From an uncultured delta proteobacterium (GTDB taxonomy: Bacteria > Myxococcota > Myxococcia > Myxococcales > Anaeromyxobacteraceae), in assembly GCA_963814585.1 (NCBI GenBank), contig CAWFDF010000008.1, positions 544,001 to 608,000 of the forward strand: DNA of 64,000 bases, given 5' to 3'. The position numbers were made by a program, and so were the translations under genes. The notes under the pieces are model-generated. The model saw only the letters and a program-made list of their open reading frames with translations, ran no database searches and was not told the origin of the DNA. This document shows positions 1-9,524 of the stretch, one piece after another. Positions within the stretch are counted from its first letter, which is position 1; each line of letters begins with the position of its first letter.

Positions 1-2
1 CC

Positions 3-569
3 GTCGACATCACCAGCTGGGGCCCGTTGCTCTCCTGCTGGGACTGCCACGCCGGCACGGGCGCGACCGGGATCCTCACCGCCACGGTCACGGCCCACGG
101 CGGCGCGGTGACCCTGCGCGGCAACGCGACCGCCCCGACCACGGCCCGGGCCGCCGCGACGACCAACGAGGCCACCCTCTGCAAGATCTGCCACGCCGGC
201 TACGACGCCAGCACCGGCCCCAACCACGGGACCGGCTCGGCGTTCCCGAGCAACGGGAGCGGGAACATGGTGTTCTACACGCGGTGGGGCTGCAACAAGT
301 GCCACGGCAGCAACTACACCACGGCGGTGGTGCGGCCCGTCCGCGCCCAGGACGTCCACGGCGTCGACTCGCTGCCGGCGAATGGGACCAAGATCTCCAG
401 GTGGTCCACCGACCCCAGGCCCTATGCCTTCATCCGCAACACCACGGCGCTGTCGAACCACCAGCCGGGCCGGATTGGCGCGACGGCCTACTCCCCGAAC
501 TGCGTGCACCTCGCCGACACGGACTGCAACAGCCGCACCGAGACCTACTCGCCTGGCGGCACCTACTAG
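3..569 (+). CDS. Multiheme c-type cytochrome, C-terminal part (5' end outside the window)
   Basis: Frame is open from the window edge; three CxxCH motifs (CWDCH, CKICH, CNKCH); TAG at 567-569. Confidence 0.85.
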   Translation, partial: VDITSWGPLLSCWDCHAGTGATGILTATVTAHGGAVTLRGNATAPTTARAAATTNEATLCKICHAGYDASTGPNHGTGSAFPSNGSGNMVFYTRWGCNKCHGSNYTTAVVRPVRAQDVHGVDSLPANGTKISRWSTDPRPYAFIRNTTALSNHQPGRIGATAYSPNCVHLADTDCNSRTETYSPGGTY

Positions 570-597
570 GAGCCGGTAGGGCTCGGGGCTCCTCGCA

Positions 598-627
598 CCG
601 GCATGGAGCCTCCCGACTCCATGCCGG
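598..627 (+). terminator. Stem-loop after the cytochrome gene
   Basis: CCGGCATGGAG / CTCCATGCCGG, 11-bp perfect inverted repeat with an 8-nt loop; no U tract. Confidence 0.5.
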
Positions 628-665
628 CCCTCGAGGCCGGGCGCGGTTGACCGCCTCCCGTCCCC

Positions 666-1805
666 TTGGTAGCCAGGGCGGGCGTGCGTCCTCCTCGTCC
701 GGCACCGGCCAGCCTCCTCGCCGCCACGCTGGCCATCGCCCTGGCCGGCATGGCCTGCCGGGCCGCGCCCCGTCCTGCGCTCGCCGCCTCGAGCGAGGCG
801 GGGACGCCGTCGTGGGAGCTCGACAACCCGGTCCAGCCGCTCCCCGCCCCGCCGCTCGGCAGCCCGGCCGACTTCGCCGCCACGCCGTGGGTCACGCCGG
901 AGAAGGTTCGACTCGGCCGCTGGCTCTTCCACGACGCGCGCCTCTCGGCCGACGGCACGCTCTCCTGCGCCTCCTGCCACCGCCCCGCGCACGGCTTCTC
1001 CGAGCCGAGCGCGCACTCCACCGGCATCCGCGGCCAGCGGGGGACCCGAAAGGCGCCGCCCATCCTCAACGCCGCCTGGCCCATCTACCCGGTCTGGTTC
1101 TGGGACGGCCGCGCCGCCAGCCTCGCCGAGCAGGCCAAGGGGCCGCTGGCCAACCCCATCGAGATGGCCAGCCCGCTCGACGCCGTGGTGGCCACCGTGG
1201 CCGCCCGCCCAGGATACCGGCGCGCCTTCGCCCAGGCCTTCGGCGACGAGCGGCTGGACATCGACCGGATCGCCGAGGCCCTGGCAGCCTACGAGGCGAC
1301 CCGCCTCTCCGGCAACTCGCGCGCCGACCGGTTCGACGCCGGCGACGAGTCGGCCCTCTCGCCGGCGGAGCGGCGCGGGCGCGAGCTCTTCTTCGGCCGC
1401 GCCGGCTGCAACAAGTGCCACCTCGGCCCCAACTACACCGACGCCCGCTTCCACAACCTCGGCGCCGGCTGGCGCCAGCCGCCGCCGGGCGCGCCGCTGG
1501 CCAGCGGCTTCGCCGATCCGGGCCGCGCCGCCGTGACGCACGACGAGCGCGACACCGGCGCCTTCAAGACCCCCACGCTCCGCGAGGTCTCCCGGCGCGC
1601 TCCGTACATGCACGACGGCTCGCTGGCGACGCTGCGCGATGCGGTGGCCCATTACCGCCTGGGCGGCATCCCCAACCCGTGGCTGTCGGAGCTGTCCAGG
1701 CCCATCCCGCTCACCGGGACCGAGGTGGACGAGCTGGTCGCCTTCCTCGTCGCCCTCGACGGCGAGGGGTTCGCCGACGTCCCGCCGAGGTCCTTCCCCC
1801 GGTGA
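666..1805 (+). CDS. Di-heme cytochrome c peroxidase (CCP/MauG family)
   Basis: LGRWLFHDARLS-x-DGTLSCASCH, FWDGRA, NPIEM, GCNKCH, FKTPTLR, PYMHDGS; N-terminal signal peptide. Start may be GTG 684. Confidence 0.93.
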   Translation: MVARAGVRPPRPAPASLLAATLAIALAGMACRAAPRPALAASSEAGTPSWELDNPVQPLPAPPLGSPADFAATPWVTPEKVRLGRWLFHDARLSADGTLSCASCHRPAHGFSEPSAHSTGIRGQRGTRKAPPILNAAWPIYPVWFWDGRAASLAEQAKGPLANPIEMASPLDAVVATVAARPGYRRAFAQAFGDERLDIDRIAEALAAYEATRLSGNSRADRFDAGDESALSPAERRGRELFFGRAGCNKCHLGPNYTDARFHNLGAGWRQPPPGAPLASGFADPGRAAVTHDERDTGAFKTPTLREVSRRAPYMHDGSLATLRDAVAHYRLGGIPNPWLSELSRPIPLTGTEVDELVAFLVALDGEGFADVPPRSFPR

Positions 1806-1842
1806 CCGGTGACGTGTCAGACCGCCCTGCCACACTCCGGGT

Positions 1843-2673
1843 GTGCGGCGGTTCGTGACCATCGACCTGGAGACGGTACCCGACGAGGAGCTGGTGGCCT
1901 CGGTCGGGCGCCACGGGGGAGCCAGCTACGCCGAGCAGCTGAAGCGGGTGGTCGCCGATCGGCGCGCCCGCACCGGCGGCCGCAGCGACTTCCTCCCGCT
2001 TCCCTACCACCGCCCCGTGGCCGCCTGCCTGCTCGAGGCCGTGGAGGAGCGCGGGCTGGTGACGCCCACCGACGCCGTGTGCTGGACCGATCAGAAGGAG
2101 CCGGAGGCGCGGTTCCTCGAGCGGGTCTGGGCGCGGCTGGAGGGCGCCACCGCCATCACCTTCCACGGCGGCGGGTTCGACCTGCCGGTCCTGGCGCTCC
2201 GGTCCCTGAAGCTGCGGGTGCCGGCGCCGGGCTGGTCCGGCGAGGCGCGCCGGGGCGGGTCGCCGGCCCACGTCGACGTCAAGGAGCTGCTGGCCGGCGC
2301 CGGCTCGGGGGGCGCGGCGCCGCTCGACCTCTACGCCAAGCTGGTGGGCCTGCCGGGCAAGGTGGACGTGGCCGGGGAGGACGTCGGCGCGCTCTACGCC
2401 GCCGGGGCCCACGACCGGATCGCCGCCTACTGCATGACCGACGTGATCCAGACCTGGCTGCTCTGGCTGCGCCACCGGCTGGTCGACGGCTCGCTCACGC
2501 ACGACGGCTACGAGGAGAGCGCCGCGGCCGCGCAGGCCCGGCTGCCGGCGCTGCTCTCGGCTCGCCTCTCGCCGGGCGAGCTGGTCTCGCTCGCGGACTT
2601 CCTCGAGCGCTGCGCCCCGTTCTTCTGCGAGTCGCGCCCGGCCCGGCACGACGTCCGCCGCGCCTCCGGTTAG
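1843..2673 (+). CDS. Stand-alone PolB-related 3'-5' exonuclease (DnaQ-like fold)
   Basis: ExoI DLETVPD, ExoII GFDLPVL, LPGKxDV, ExoIII YCMTDV. Confidence 0.85.
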   Translation: MRRFVTIDLETVPDEELVASVGRHGGASYAEQLKRVVADRRARTGGRSDFLPLPYHRPVAACLLEAVEERGLVTPTDAVCWTDQKEPEARFLERVWARLEGATAITFHGGGFDLPVLALRSLKLRVPAPGWSGEARRGGSPAHVDVKELLAGAGSGGAAPLDLYAKLVGLPGKVDVAGEDVGALYAAGAHDRIAAYCMTDVIQTWLLWLRHRLVDGSLTHDGYEESAAAAQARLPALLSARLSPGELVSLADFLERCAPFFCESRPARHDVRRASG

Positions 2674-2713
2674 TGCCTGGGGCGCGGCACTGGTTCCCCG
2701 AACCAGGCTGGCC

Positions 2714-2750
2714 CTCCCTGCGGCGTCACCTACGCCGCGTTGCGGGAGCT
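2714..2750 (-). promoter_or_regulatory. Putative bacterial SECIS element
   Basis: mRNA UGA-AG-CUCCC-GCAAC-GCGGCGU-AGGUG-ACGCCGC-A-GGGAG: lower 5-bp stem, upper 7-bp stem, G-containing 5-nt apical loop starting after 19 nt. Confidence 0.7.
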
Positions 2751-3254
2751 TCAGCCGGGGCGCCACGGCGGCTCGGCGCCACCATCGGGAGAGACCGTCG
2801 GCGGGGCCAGCCCGAGCAGCGCCGCCGCGCTCGCCGCCAGCCGGTTGGCGTCCTCCCGGCTCCACCCCTCCGCGGCCGCGACGATCCGGCCCCCCCGATC
2901 GACGAGGATCCACGTCGGCGTGACCCTCGCGCCCAGCGCGTCCGAGGCCCGCCACGGCTCGGGATCGCGCAGCACCCGGACCTTCCCGGCCCAGCCGCAG
3001 GCCTCCGCGAAGGCGGCCGTCCCGGCCTGGTCGTCCTGCGAGATGGCGAGGACCCGGAGGCCGTCCAGGCCGGCGAAGCGGGGCAGCACCAGCCCCGCCA
3101 CCGCGGTGGCGGGACAGTCGGCCTTGTAGACGAAGAGGAGCGCCGGCCCCTCCCCCTCCAGCGACCGGAGCGGGACCGGTGCGCCGACCTCGTCGGAGAC
3201 CTCGGCGGCTGGGAGGAGGGCACCGGCCGCGAGCTGGGGCGGGAGCGCGGGCAT
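2730..3254 (-). CDS. AhpC/TSA thioredoxin-fold redoxin; probable selenoprotein (UGA at 2751-2753 read as Sec, true stop TAG at 2730-2732)
   Basis: YKADCPAT, VLAISQD, VTPTWILVD. C-terminus reads PWRPG-UGA-SSRNAA-UAG with a SECIS-like hairpin directly 3' of the UGA. Without recoding the CDS ends at 2751. Confidence 0.8.
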
Positions 3255-3308
3255 GCCGGCATGCTGCCCCGGCCCGCCCCGCCACGCAACGGCCGGCCTG
3301 GAAGACGG

Positions 3309-3341
3309 CACGGCCGGCCCGGGTGCCCCCGGCCGGCCGTG
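3309..3341 (-). terminator. GC-rich stem-loop downstream of the small basic ORF
   Basis: CACGGCCGGCC / GGCCGGCCGTG, 11-bp inverted repeat. Confidence 0.45.
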
Positions 3342-3368
3342 GACCTGTGCTGCGCCTGGCGCCTTCGA

Positions 3369-3500
3369 CTAGCGGGGGCCCTTCTTGGCGCGACGCTTGC
3401 GCTTGATCGACAGGGCCCGCTTCCGCTTCACCTGCGCCCGCTTCGGCTTGCTGCGGTGCGACGCCTTGCGCTTCGAACGATTGCCCTTGATGGCGGCCAT
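3369..3500 (-). CDS. 43-aa Lys/Arg-rich small protein (not in the ORF track)
   Basis: AGGAGGAGGA Shine-Dalgarno just before the ATG; MAAIKGNRSKRKASHRSKPKRAQVKRKRALSIKRKRRAKKGPR*; third positions almost all G/C. Confidence 0.8.
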   Translation of the reverse strand: MAAIKGNRSKRKASHRSKPKRAQVKRKRALSIKRKRRAKKGPR

Positions 3501-3539
3501 GCGGTCCTCCTCCTGATCCTGGTTGAAAGCGGCGGCAAT

Positions 3540-4643
3540 CTACTCCAGCCAGTCCTTGTCGCGAAGCTTCTTCGGCAGGTACTCCTCGGTGATGAAGCTG
3601 ATGCCCCGCCGCGAGAGGGCCTCCAGCTCGAACTTCAGGCCGGAGCGGACCATCTCCTGGATCTCCCGCTGCCACCGCTTGTCGGCGAACCAGGGGTAGG
3701 CCAGCATCTGCCTGGCGCGCGCCACGTCGCCGTCGTCCATCTTGATGGCCACGTTCATGGGCAGCTGGTACTTGTCCTTGTCGAAGCTGGAGAGCCCGAC
3801 GAAGCGGGCCGAGGGCACCGCCATCCGCATCGACTCGTAGGCCAGGTTGATCGATCCCTGCTTCATCACCGAGTAGATGTAGAAGCCCCACGGATCGTTG
3901 TCGACCAGCACGTAGACCGGCAGGCGCAGCTCGGCGTGGAGCCGCTGCACCATGCGCCGGACCCCGCGCGGCGGCTGGCCTCCGCCCTGGACGATGATGC
4001 ACCGCTCCCGCTTCCAGAACTTGTCCTCGTTGAAGCGGCTCCAGACGGCGTCCTTCTCGATGAGGAGGACGTACCTGGCCTCGTGCTTGCCGAACTGGAC
4101 GACGTTCTCCTCGACGATGGAGGGCACGGCCCAGCCGCCCGAGCCCATTCGCCGGAGGTCGATGGTGTCCCCGGTGTCGCGGATGGTGACCGGGCCGACC
4201 ATCGAGCCCTTGCGCGACGCGAAGAGGTGCAGCTCCTCGCGCAGGGCGTCGAGCGAGACCTCGAGGTCCTCGATGATGGGGTCCGACTCGTCCTGCTCCT
4301 CGAAGGTGTTCTGCCTCGAGTCGCCGATGGTGTGCTTGGTGATGTAGTAGAGGTCGCGGATGCTGGTGGTCTTGCCGCTCTCCACCAGCTCCTTGCAGGC
4401 GTCCGAGACCAGGAAGGTCTGCATGAACTTCTTGGCCATCGCCACGTTGAAGAAGTAGCGCTTCTGCTTCTGGCTCCCCAGCTGCACCACGCCCTTCTTC
4501 TTGTCGAAGTGGACGTTGGCCAGCGAGCGGATGGGGATCTCCACGAAGGGGTTCTTCCTCCCCTTCACCGCCTTCAGCACGCCCTCGGCGAGCCGCTCGA
4601 TCTTGTCGACCGTCCTCTTGGAAACCGCGTCCAGGCGAGCCAT
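3540..4643 (-). CDS. top6A: DNA topoisomerase VI subunit A (Spo11-like)
   Basis: IRDLYY (catalytic Tyr), EQDESDPIIEDLE, toprim IEKDA and DNDPWG, ELEAL. Confidence 0.95.
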   Translation of the reverse strand: MARLDAVSKRTVDKIERLAEGVLKAVKGRKNPFVEIPIRSLANVHFDKKKGVVQLGSQKQKRYFFNVAMAKKFMQTFLVSDACKELVESGKTTSIRDLYYITKHTIGDSRQNTFEEQDESDPIIEDLEVSLDALREELHLFASRKGSMVGPVTIRDTGDTIDLRRMGSGGWAVPSIVEENVVQFGKHEARYVLLIEKDAVWSRFNEDKFWKRERCIIVQGGGQPPRGVRRMVQRLHAELRLPVYVLVDNDPWGFYIYSVMKQGSINLAYESMRMAVPSARFVGLSSFDKDKYQLPMNVAIKMDDGDVARARQMLAYPWFADKRWQREIQEMVRSGLKFELEALSRRGISFITEEYLPKKLRDKDWLE

Positions 4644-4646
4644 GGG

Positions 4647-6723
4647 CTACTCCGCCTCCTCTTCGCCGCGCCGCGGCCGACGGGTGAGCTTCTCGCTGGC
4701 CTCTTCCAGCTTCCTGTCCTCGGCGGCCAGATCGGCCTCCGTCACCTGGCCGGCCACCCTGAGGAAGTCGCGCTGGATGCCGTCGCGGCTCTTCCCGGTG
4801 ATGCGGTGGATGGCGTCGGCCACCTCCTCGATGTAGAGCTCGAAGATGGAGCGGCGCTGCGCCTGGTAGTCGGCCTGCTGCTTCTTGCGGATGAAGGTGG
4901 CCAGCTTGCGCCCGCACTCCTGCGCGGCCAGCTGGATCTCGCGGATGATCTCGGGGTAGTGGGCCAGCGCCTCCTTGGCCTCGCTGGTGAACGGCACCCA
5001 CACCGAGGCGATGTGGACCAGCAGGGCCATGGGCCCGACCGGCAGCGAGCCCTTGGGCTGCGAGAGCATGTAGTTTCGCCAGTCGGTCTTGACGATCGAC
5101 TCGGTCATCCCGCAGGCACTGCGCTGGAAGAGCAGCGGCACCCGGTTGGCGAAGCGGAAGAGCTCGATGGTCTTGTCGGCCGGCCAGGAGCCGCCGTAGG
5201 CCAGGCCGACCTCCACCTGGAACGGGTTGCCGCGATAGACCTTGGGAGGGCGGGTCACCGTGGCGATGAAGTAGTCGTGCCCCTTGATCTTCTCGACCCC
5301 CTCCTCCGGCGTCGCCGGCGGCACCGGCGGCGGCGCCACCTCGGCGGCCCTTCCCTTCCTCCTGGTGGCCTTCTTCTTGGCGGCGGCGTCGAGGTCGAGC
5401 TGGCCGTCCTCCTCCTCCGGGCCCTCCGACTCGATGACCGAGAGGAAGCTCACCAGCCCGCGCCGCATCAGCTCGTCGCCGATGGGGCTGAGGCAGCCGG
5501 TGGACGGCGCCATGATCCTGGTGGCCAGGATCCCGCTGCGCAGCTTCTCGGCCAGCGCGCGGTCCCCGCCGATCTCCCGCGGGCGCAGCCGCTCCTTCAG
5601 GCCCGCGTTCCTCAGGATCTCGGCGGCCACCGGCGGCGACACCCGGCTGAAGGCGGTCTGCAGGAAGCCCTTCAGGTCGTGGCTCTTCGACTCCGAGGCC
5701 ATGAGCATGAGGGCGCCCAGCTCGACGCCGTGCGGGTGCGGCTTGATCTCGAGGGCCTCCTTGGGCAGCTCCTCGGTGGCGCGCGGGAAGGTGAGCAGCG
5801 GCTGGCGAGGCCGCTGGTAGTGCACGGTGGCGTGCGGGTTGGCGAGCGCGGTGTGCTCCACGTAGCGGTTGACGAACCGCTGCCCGGTCCGCCAGTCGGC
5901 CACGATCTCGAGCTCGATGCGGGTGCCGTGGTCCAGGTGCCAGTCGCGCTGCTCCTCGTCGGCCACCACCGTGGGGTTGTTCTTGCGGGTGTCGATCTGG
6001 ATCTCGAAGACGTGGGCCGGCTTGCCCCTCCCGGTGCGCGAGGTCACGCGGATGGGCCGGCCGGTGGTCAGCTGGCCGTACATGGCCGCCGCCGAGATGC
6101 CGATGCCCTGCTGGCCTCGCGACTGCTTGAGCCGGTGGAACTTGGAGCCGTAGAGCAGCTTGCCGAAGATCTTGGGGACCTGCGCCTTGACGATGCCGGG
6201 GCCGTTGTCCTCGACGATGACCACGAAGCGCCCTTCGCCCCTGGTCAGCTCCCCCTGGCCCTTGGCGTCGAGCCCGAGGTCGCGGACCTCGATGGTCAGC
6301 TCGGGGAGGATGCCGGCCTCCTCGCAGGCGTCGAGCGAGTTGTCCACCGCCTCCTTGATGGTGGTGAGCAGCGCCTTGGAGGGGTTGTCGAAGCCGAGCA
6401 GGTGCCGGTTCTTGGTGAAGAACTCGGAGATGGAGATCTCCCGCTGCTTGGTGGCCATCTGCTCGGCGGTGGCGCGGCGCCTGGGCTTCCGGTCCAGCTC
6501 GCGGGACGGCTCGACGGGCCCGCCCGGCGCTTCGACCGCCGCTGGGGGAGGCGGCGCGGCCGGAACCCTGGCCGCCTTCGGCCTGGCCTTCGCCGGCGCA
6601 GCCTTCCCCGGCCGTGCCGGGGCCCTGGCCGGCGCCACGTCGAGCAGCGAGAGCTGCCGTTCCGCCCTGGCGGACCCCGTGAGCCTTCCCCTTCGCCGCC
6701 GCCGCCTTCTTGGTTGCCGCCAT
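4647..6723 (-). CDS. top6B: DNA topoisomerase VI subunit B (probable 1-nt insertion near 6675-6691 in the N-terminal extension)
   Basis: REISISEFFTKNRHLLGF, EAVDNSLDA, EDNGPGI, LLYGSKF, SRGQQGIG, RFANRVPLL, VPFTSEAKE. ATG 6723 (MAATKKAAAAK) is 1 nt out of frame with the body; in-frame ATG at 6458 is an alternative start. Confidence 0.93.
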
Positions 6724-6828
6724 GGTCCCCTAAACCCTCGCGATATCGAACGCTTCCGGTCTAGCACGCGGCCCCCGGAGGCGCGACAAAACGGCTCCCG
6801 GGATTGACCTTTCCAGGGGGGTGGTTAC

Positions 6829-7782
6829 ATGAGGACCATGCCATTCGATCCCGCCAGAACCGCCAGGAATCCTGCCGCTCCCCGACCCGCCCCGGCCGGC
6901 GCGCCGCCTGCCGGCGTCGGCCGCAACTACGCCCGCACCGCCGTGCTCATGGGCGGCCTGGTGGCGCTGCTGGCCATCGGCGGCAGCCTGGTCGGCGGAC
7001 CCCGGGGGATGCTCGCCTTCGGCGCCATCGGCCTCGTCTTCAACTTCCTCGCCTACTGGTTCTCCGACAAGCTGGCGCTCCTGGGCAATGGCGCCCGCCC
7101 GGTCGAGCGGGCCGACCTGCCCGAGGTGTACGAGATCGTGGAGCGGCTGACGCGCCGGGCCGGCCTGCCCATGCCGCGCATCTACGTCATCCCCTCCGAG
7201 GCCCCCAACGCCTTCGCCACCGGCCGCGATCCGGAGCACGCCGCCGTGGCCGTCACCGCGGGGATCCTCCGGATCCTCGACCGGCGCCAGCTGGAGGGCG
7301 TGCTGGCCCACGAGCTGGCCCACGTCCAGAACCGGGACATCCTCATCGCCACGGTGGCGGGGGCCATCGCCGGGCTCATCTCCACCATCGGCTACGTGAT
7401 GCGCTGGGGCGCCATCCTCGGCGGCGGCCGCAGCGACCGCGAGGACGGGCCGAGCGGCCTGGAGCTGCTGGCCTGGGCCATCGTGGCGCCGCTGGTGGCG
7501 CTGGTCATCCAGCTGGCCATCTCCCGCTCGCGCGAGTTCGGGGCCGACGCCACCGGCGCCGCGCTGGTGGGAGACCCCGAGCCGCTGGCGCAGGCGCTGC
7601 TCACGCTGGAGCGAGGCAACGACCTCTCCCCCATGGCCTCGGCCGGCCCGGCCACCGCCCACCTCTTCATCGTCAACCCGCTGCGCGGCGGGGTCGGGAA
7701 GGTGCTGTCCTTCTTCTCGACCCACCCGCCGGTCGAGGAGCGGGTGGCCCGGCTGCGGGCGCTGCGCGGCCAGCTGCGGTAG
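6829..7782 (+). CDS. htpX: Zinc metalloprotease HtpX (M48)
   Basis: PNAFATGR, HELAHVQNRD, ISRSREFGADA, FSTHPP; start 6829 or 6838. Confidence 0.93.
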   Translation: MRTMPFDPARTARNPAAPRPAPAGAPPAGVGRNYARTAVLMGGLVALLAIGGSLVGGPRGMLAFGAIGLVFNFLAYWFSDKLALLGNGARPVERADLPEVYEIVERLTRRAGLPMPRIYVIPSEAPNAFATGRDPEHAAVAVTAGILRILDRRQLEGVLAHELAHVQNRDILIATVAGAIAGLISTIGYVMRWGAILGGGRSDREDGPSGLELLAWAIVAPLVALVIQLAISRSREFGADATGAALVGDPEPLAQALLTLERGNDLSPMASAGPATAHLFIVNPLRGGVGKVLSFFSTHPPVEERVARLRALRGQLR

Positions 7783-7828
7783 CCGGCCCGGGCGCGCGCG
7801 ATCCTGCCGGCGGGCGGGGTCCCCCGAC

Positions 7829-8857
7829 TCAGGGCACCAGCACCACCTTGCCGAACAGGGCCCGGTCGGCGAGGAGTTCCTGCGCCCTCACCACCTCGGC
7901 GAGCGGCAGCACCCGGGCCACCACCGGCCTCAGCTTCCCCTGCCCGACGAAGGCCAGCACCTGGAGGAGGTCGGCGGCCGTGCCCATGGTCGAGCCGAGG
8001 ATGGAGAGCTGCCGGAAGAAGACGTGGCGCAGGTCGGTGAGCGGGTCGAAGCCGGTGGTGGCGCCGACCGTGACGATCCGGCCCCCGACGCCGGCCGCCA
8101 GCAGGCTCTTCTCCCAGGTGGTCTTGCCGACGTGCTCGAAGACCACGTCCACCCCCTGCTTGCCGGTGAGCCGCTTCACCTCGGCCAGGAAGTCCTGTGA
8201 CTCGTAGTTGATGACCTCGTCGGCGCCGAGGGCCCGGGCCTTCTCCAGCTTGGCGTCGGAGCCGGCGGTGGCGATGACGCGGGCACCCAGCAGCCGCGCG
8301 ATCTGCACCGCCGCCACGCCCACCCCCGATCCGGCGGCGTGGACCAGGATGGTCTCGCCGGGGCGCAGCGCCGCGCGCACCGCCAGCGCGTGCCAGGCGG
8401 TCATGAAGGTGAGCGGGACCGCGGCCGCCTCCTCGAAGGAGAGGTTCGCCGGCTTGGCGCAGAGGTTCCGCGCCGGCACCTCGAGCCGGGTGGCCTGGCC
8501 GCCGGAGACGTGCTCCCCGAGGATGACGAAGTGCCGGCAGAGGTTCTCACGGCCGGACAGGCAGCGCTCGCAGCGGGTGCACCCGATCGACGGGTTGATC
8601 ACCACCTCGTCCCCGGCCCTCCAGCCGGTGACCCCTGGACCGACGGTCTCGACCACCCCGGCCACGTCGGAGCCGAGCACGTGGGGGAAGGCCAGCCTGA
8701 GGCCCGGCCAGCCCTTGCGGACCCAGAGGTCGAGGTGGTTGAGCGCGGCGGCTCGCACCGCCACCACCACGTTTCCGGGGCGCGCCGCCGGATCCGGCAG
8801 CTCGAGCAGCTCGACGACCTCGGGACCACCGTGGGCTCGGATGGCTGCGGCCTTCAT
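7829..8857 (-). CDS. Zinc-binding medium-chain dehydrogenase/reductase
   Basis: ALNHLDLW, GSDVAG, CTRCERC-x7-C, AAGSGVG, FGKVVL. Confidence 0.9.
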   Translation of the reverse strand: MKAAAIRAHGGPEVVELLELPDPAARPGNVVVAVRAAALNHLDLWVRKGWPGLRLAFPHVLGSDVAGVVETVGPGVTGWRAGDEVVINPSIGCTRCERCLSGRENLCRHFVILGEHVSGGQATRLEVPARNLCAKPANLSFEEAAAVPLTFMTAWHALAVRAALRPGETILVHAAGSGVGVAAVQIARLLGARVIATAGSDAKLEKARALGADEVINYESQDFLAEVKRLTGKQGVDVVFEHVGKTTWEKSLLAAGVGGRIVTVGATTGFDPLTDLRHVFFRQLSILGSTMGTAADLLQVLAFVGQGKLRPVVARVLPLAEVVRAQELLADRALFGKVVLVP

Positions 8858-9011
8858 GCGGACCTCCCCGCGGGTGCCCGACGAGCCTATGCCGGCGGGC
8901 GGCCCCGTGCCAGCGGCCCTCGGGCCGGCCGGCGGGTCCAGCTGGAAGCCCAGCCGGGGACGCTGGCCAGGTCGGGTTGCGCGAGCGGCCCCGCGCCGCT
9001 AAGCGAGCGGC

Positions 9012-9500
9012 ATGACCACCGCGCTCCTCGCCCTCGTGCTCGCCGCCGGCCTCAAGGCCGGCGACCAGGCTCCTGACTTCACGCTCCCCGACACCGAAGG
9101 GAAGCCGGTCACCCTCTCCAGGCTGCTCGAGCAGGGGCCGGTCATCCTGGCCTTCTACCCGAAGGCCTTCACCTCCGGCTGCACCAAGCAGAACTCCAAC
9201 TTCCGCGACAAGTACGCCGAGGTGGAGAAGAAGGGGGCGCAGGTGGTCGGCATCTCCACCGACGACGTGGCCACGCAGAAGAAGTTCAAGGCCGAGTACA
9301 AGCTCCCCTACCCCTTGCTGGCCGACGAGGGCGGCAAGGTGGCCAGCCTGTACACCGGCACCATGCCGGTGGTCGGCTACGCCAGCCGCTCCAACGTGGT
9401 CATCGGCCAGGACGGGAAGGTGGTGAAGATCGTCGAGGGGAGCGACGCCATCGACCCCAACGGCGCCATCGCGCTGTGCCCGCTCCGGAAGAAGGGGTAG
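9012..9500 (+). CDS. bcp: Peroxiredoxin, Bcp/PrxQ type
   Basis: [26 protein letters not shown]. Confidence 0.88.
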   Translation: MTTALLALVLAAGLKAGDQAPDFTLPDTEGKPVTLSRLLEQGPVILAFYPKAFTSGCTKQNSNFRDKYAEVEKKGAQVVGISTDDVATQKKFKAEYKLPYPLLADEGGKVASLYTGTMPVVGYASRSNVVIGQDGKVVKIVEGSDAIDPNGAIALCPLRKKG

Positions 9501-9524
9501 GCCGGCTCCGCCCGGGCTCTTCGG

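Noticed and set aside
1803..1842. Sec read-through at the peroxidase UGA stop
   Set aside because: No redox-motif context or convincing SECIS-like hairpin, and the protein is already complete.
1711..6764. Very long ORFs of 1670 aa (-) and 1651 aa (+), and similar ones at 21751, 41791, 54567 and the 3' part of 60180
   Set aside because: Shadow or antisense frames of real genes in high-GC DNA; Arg/Pro/Gly-rich with no motifs.
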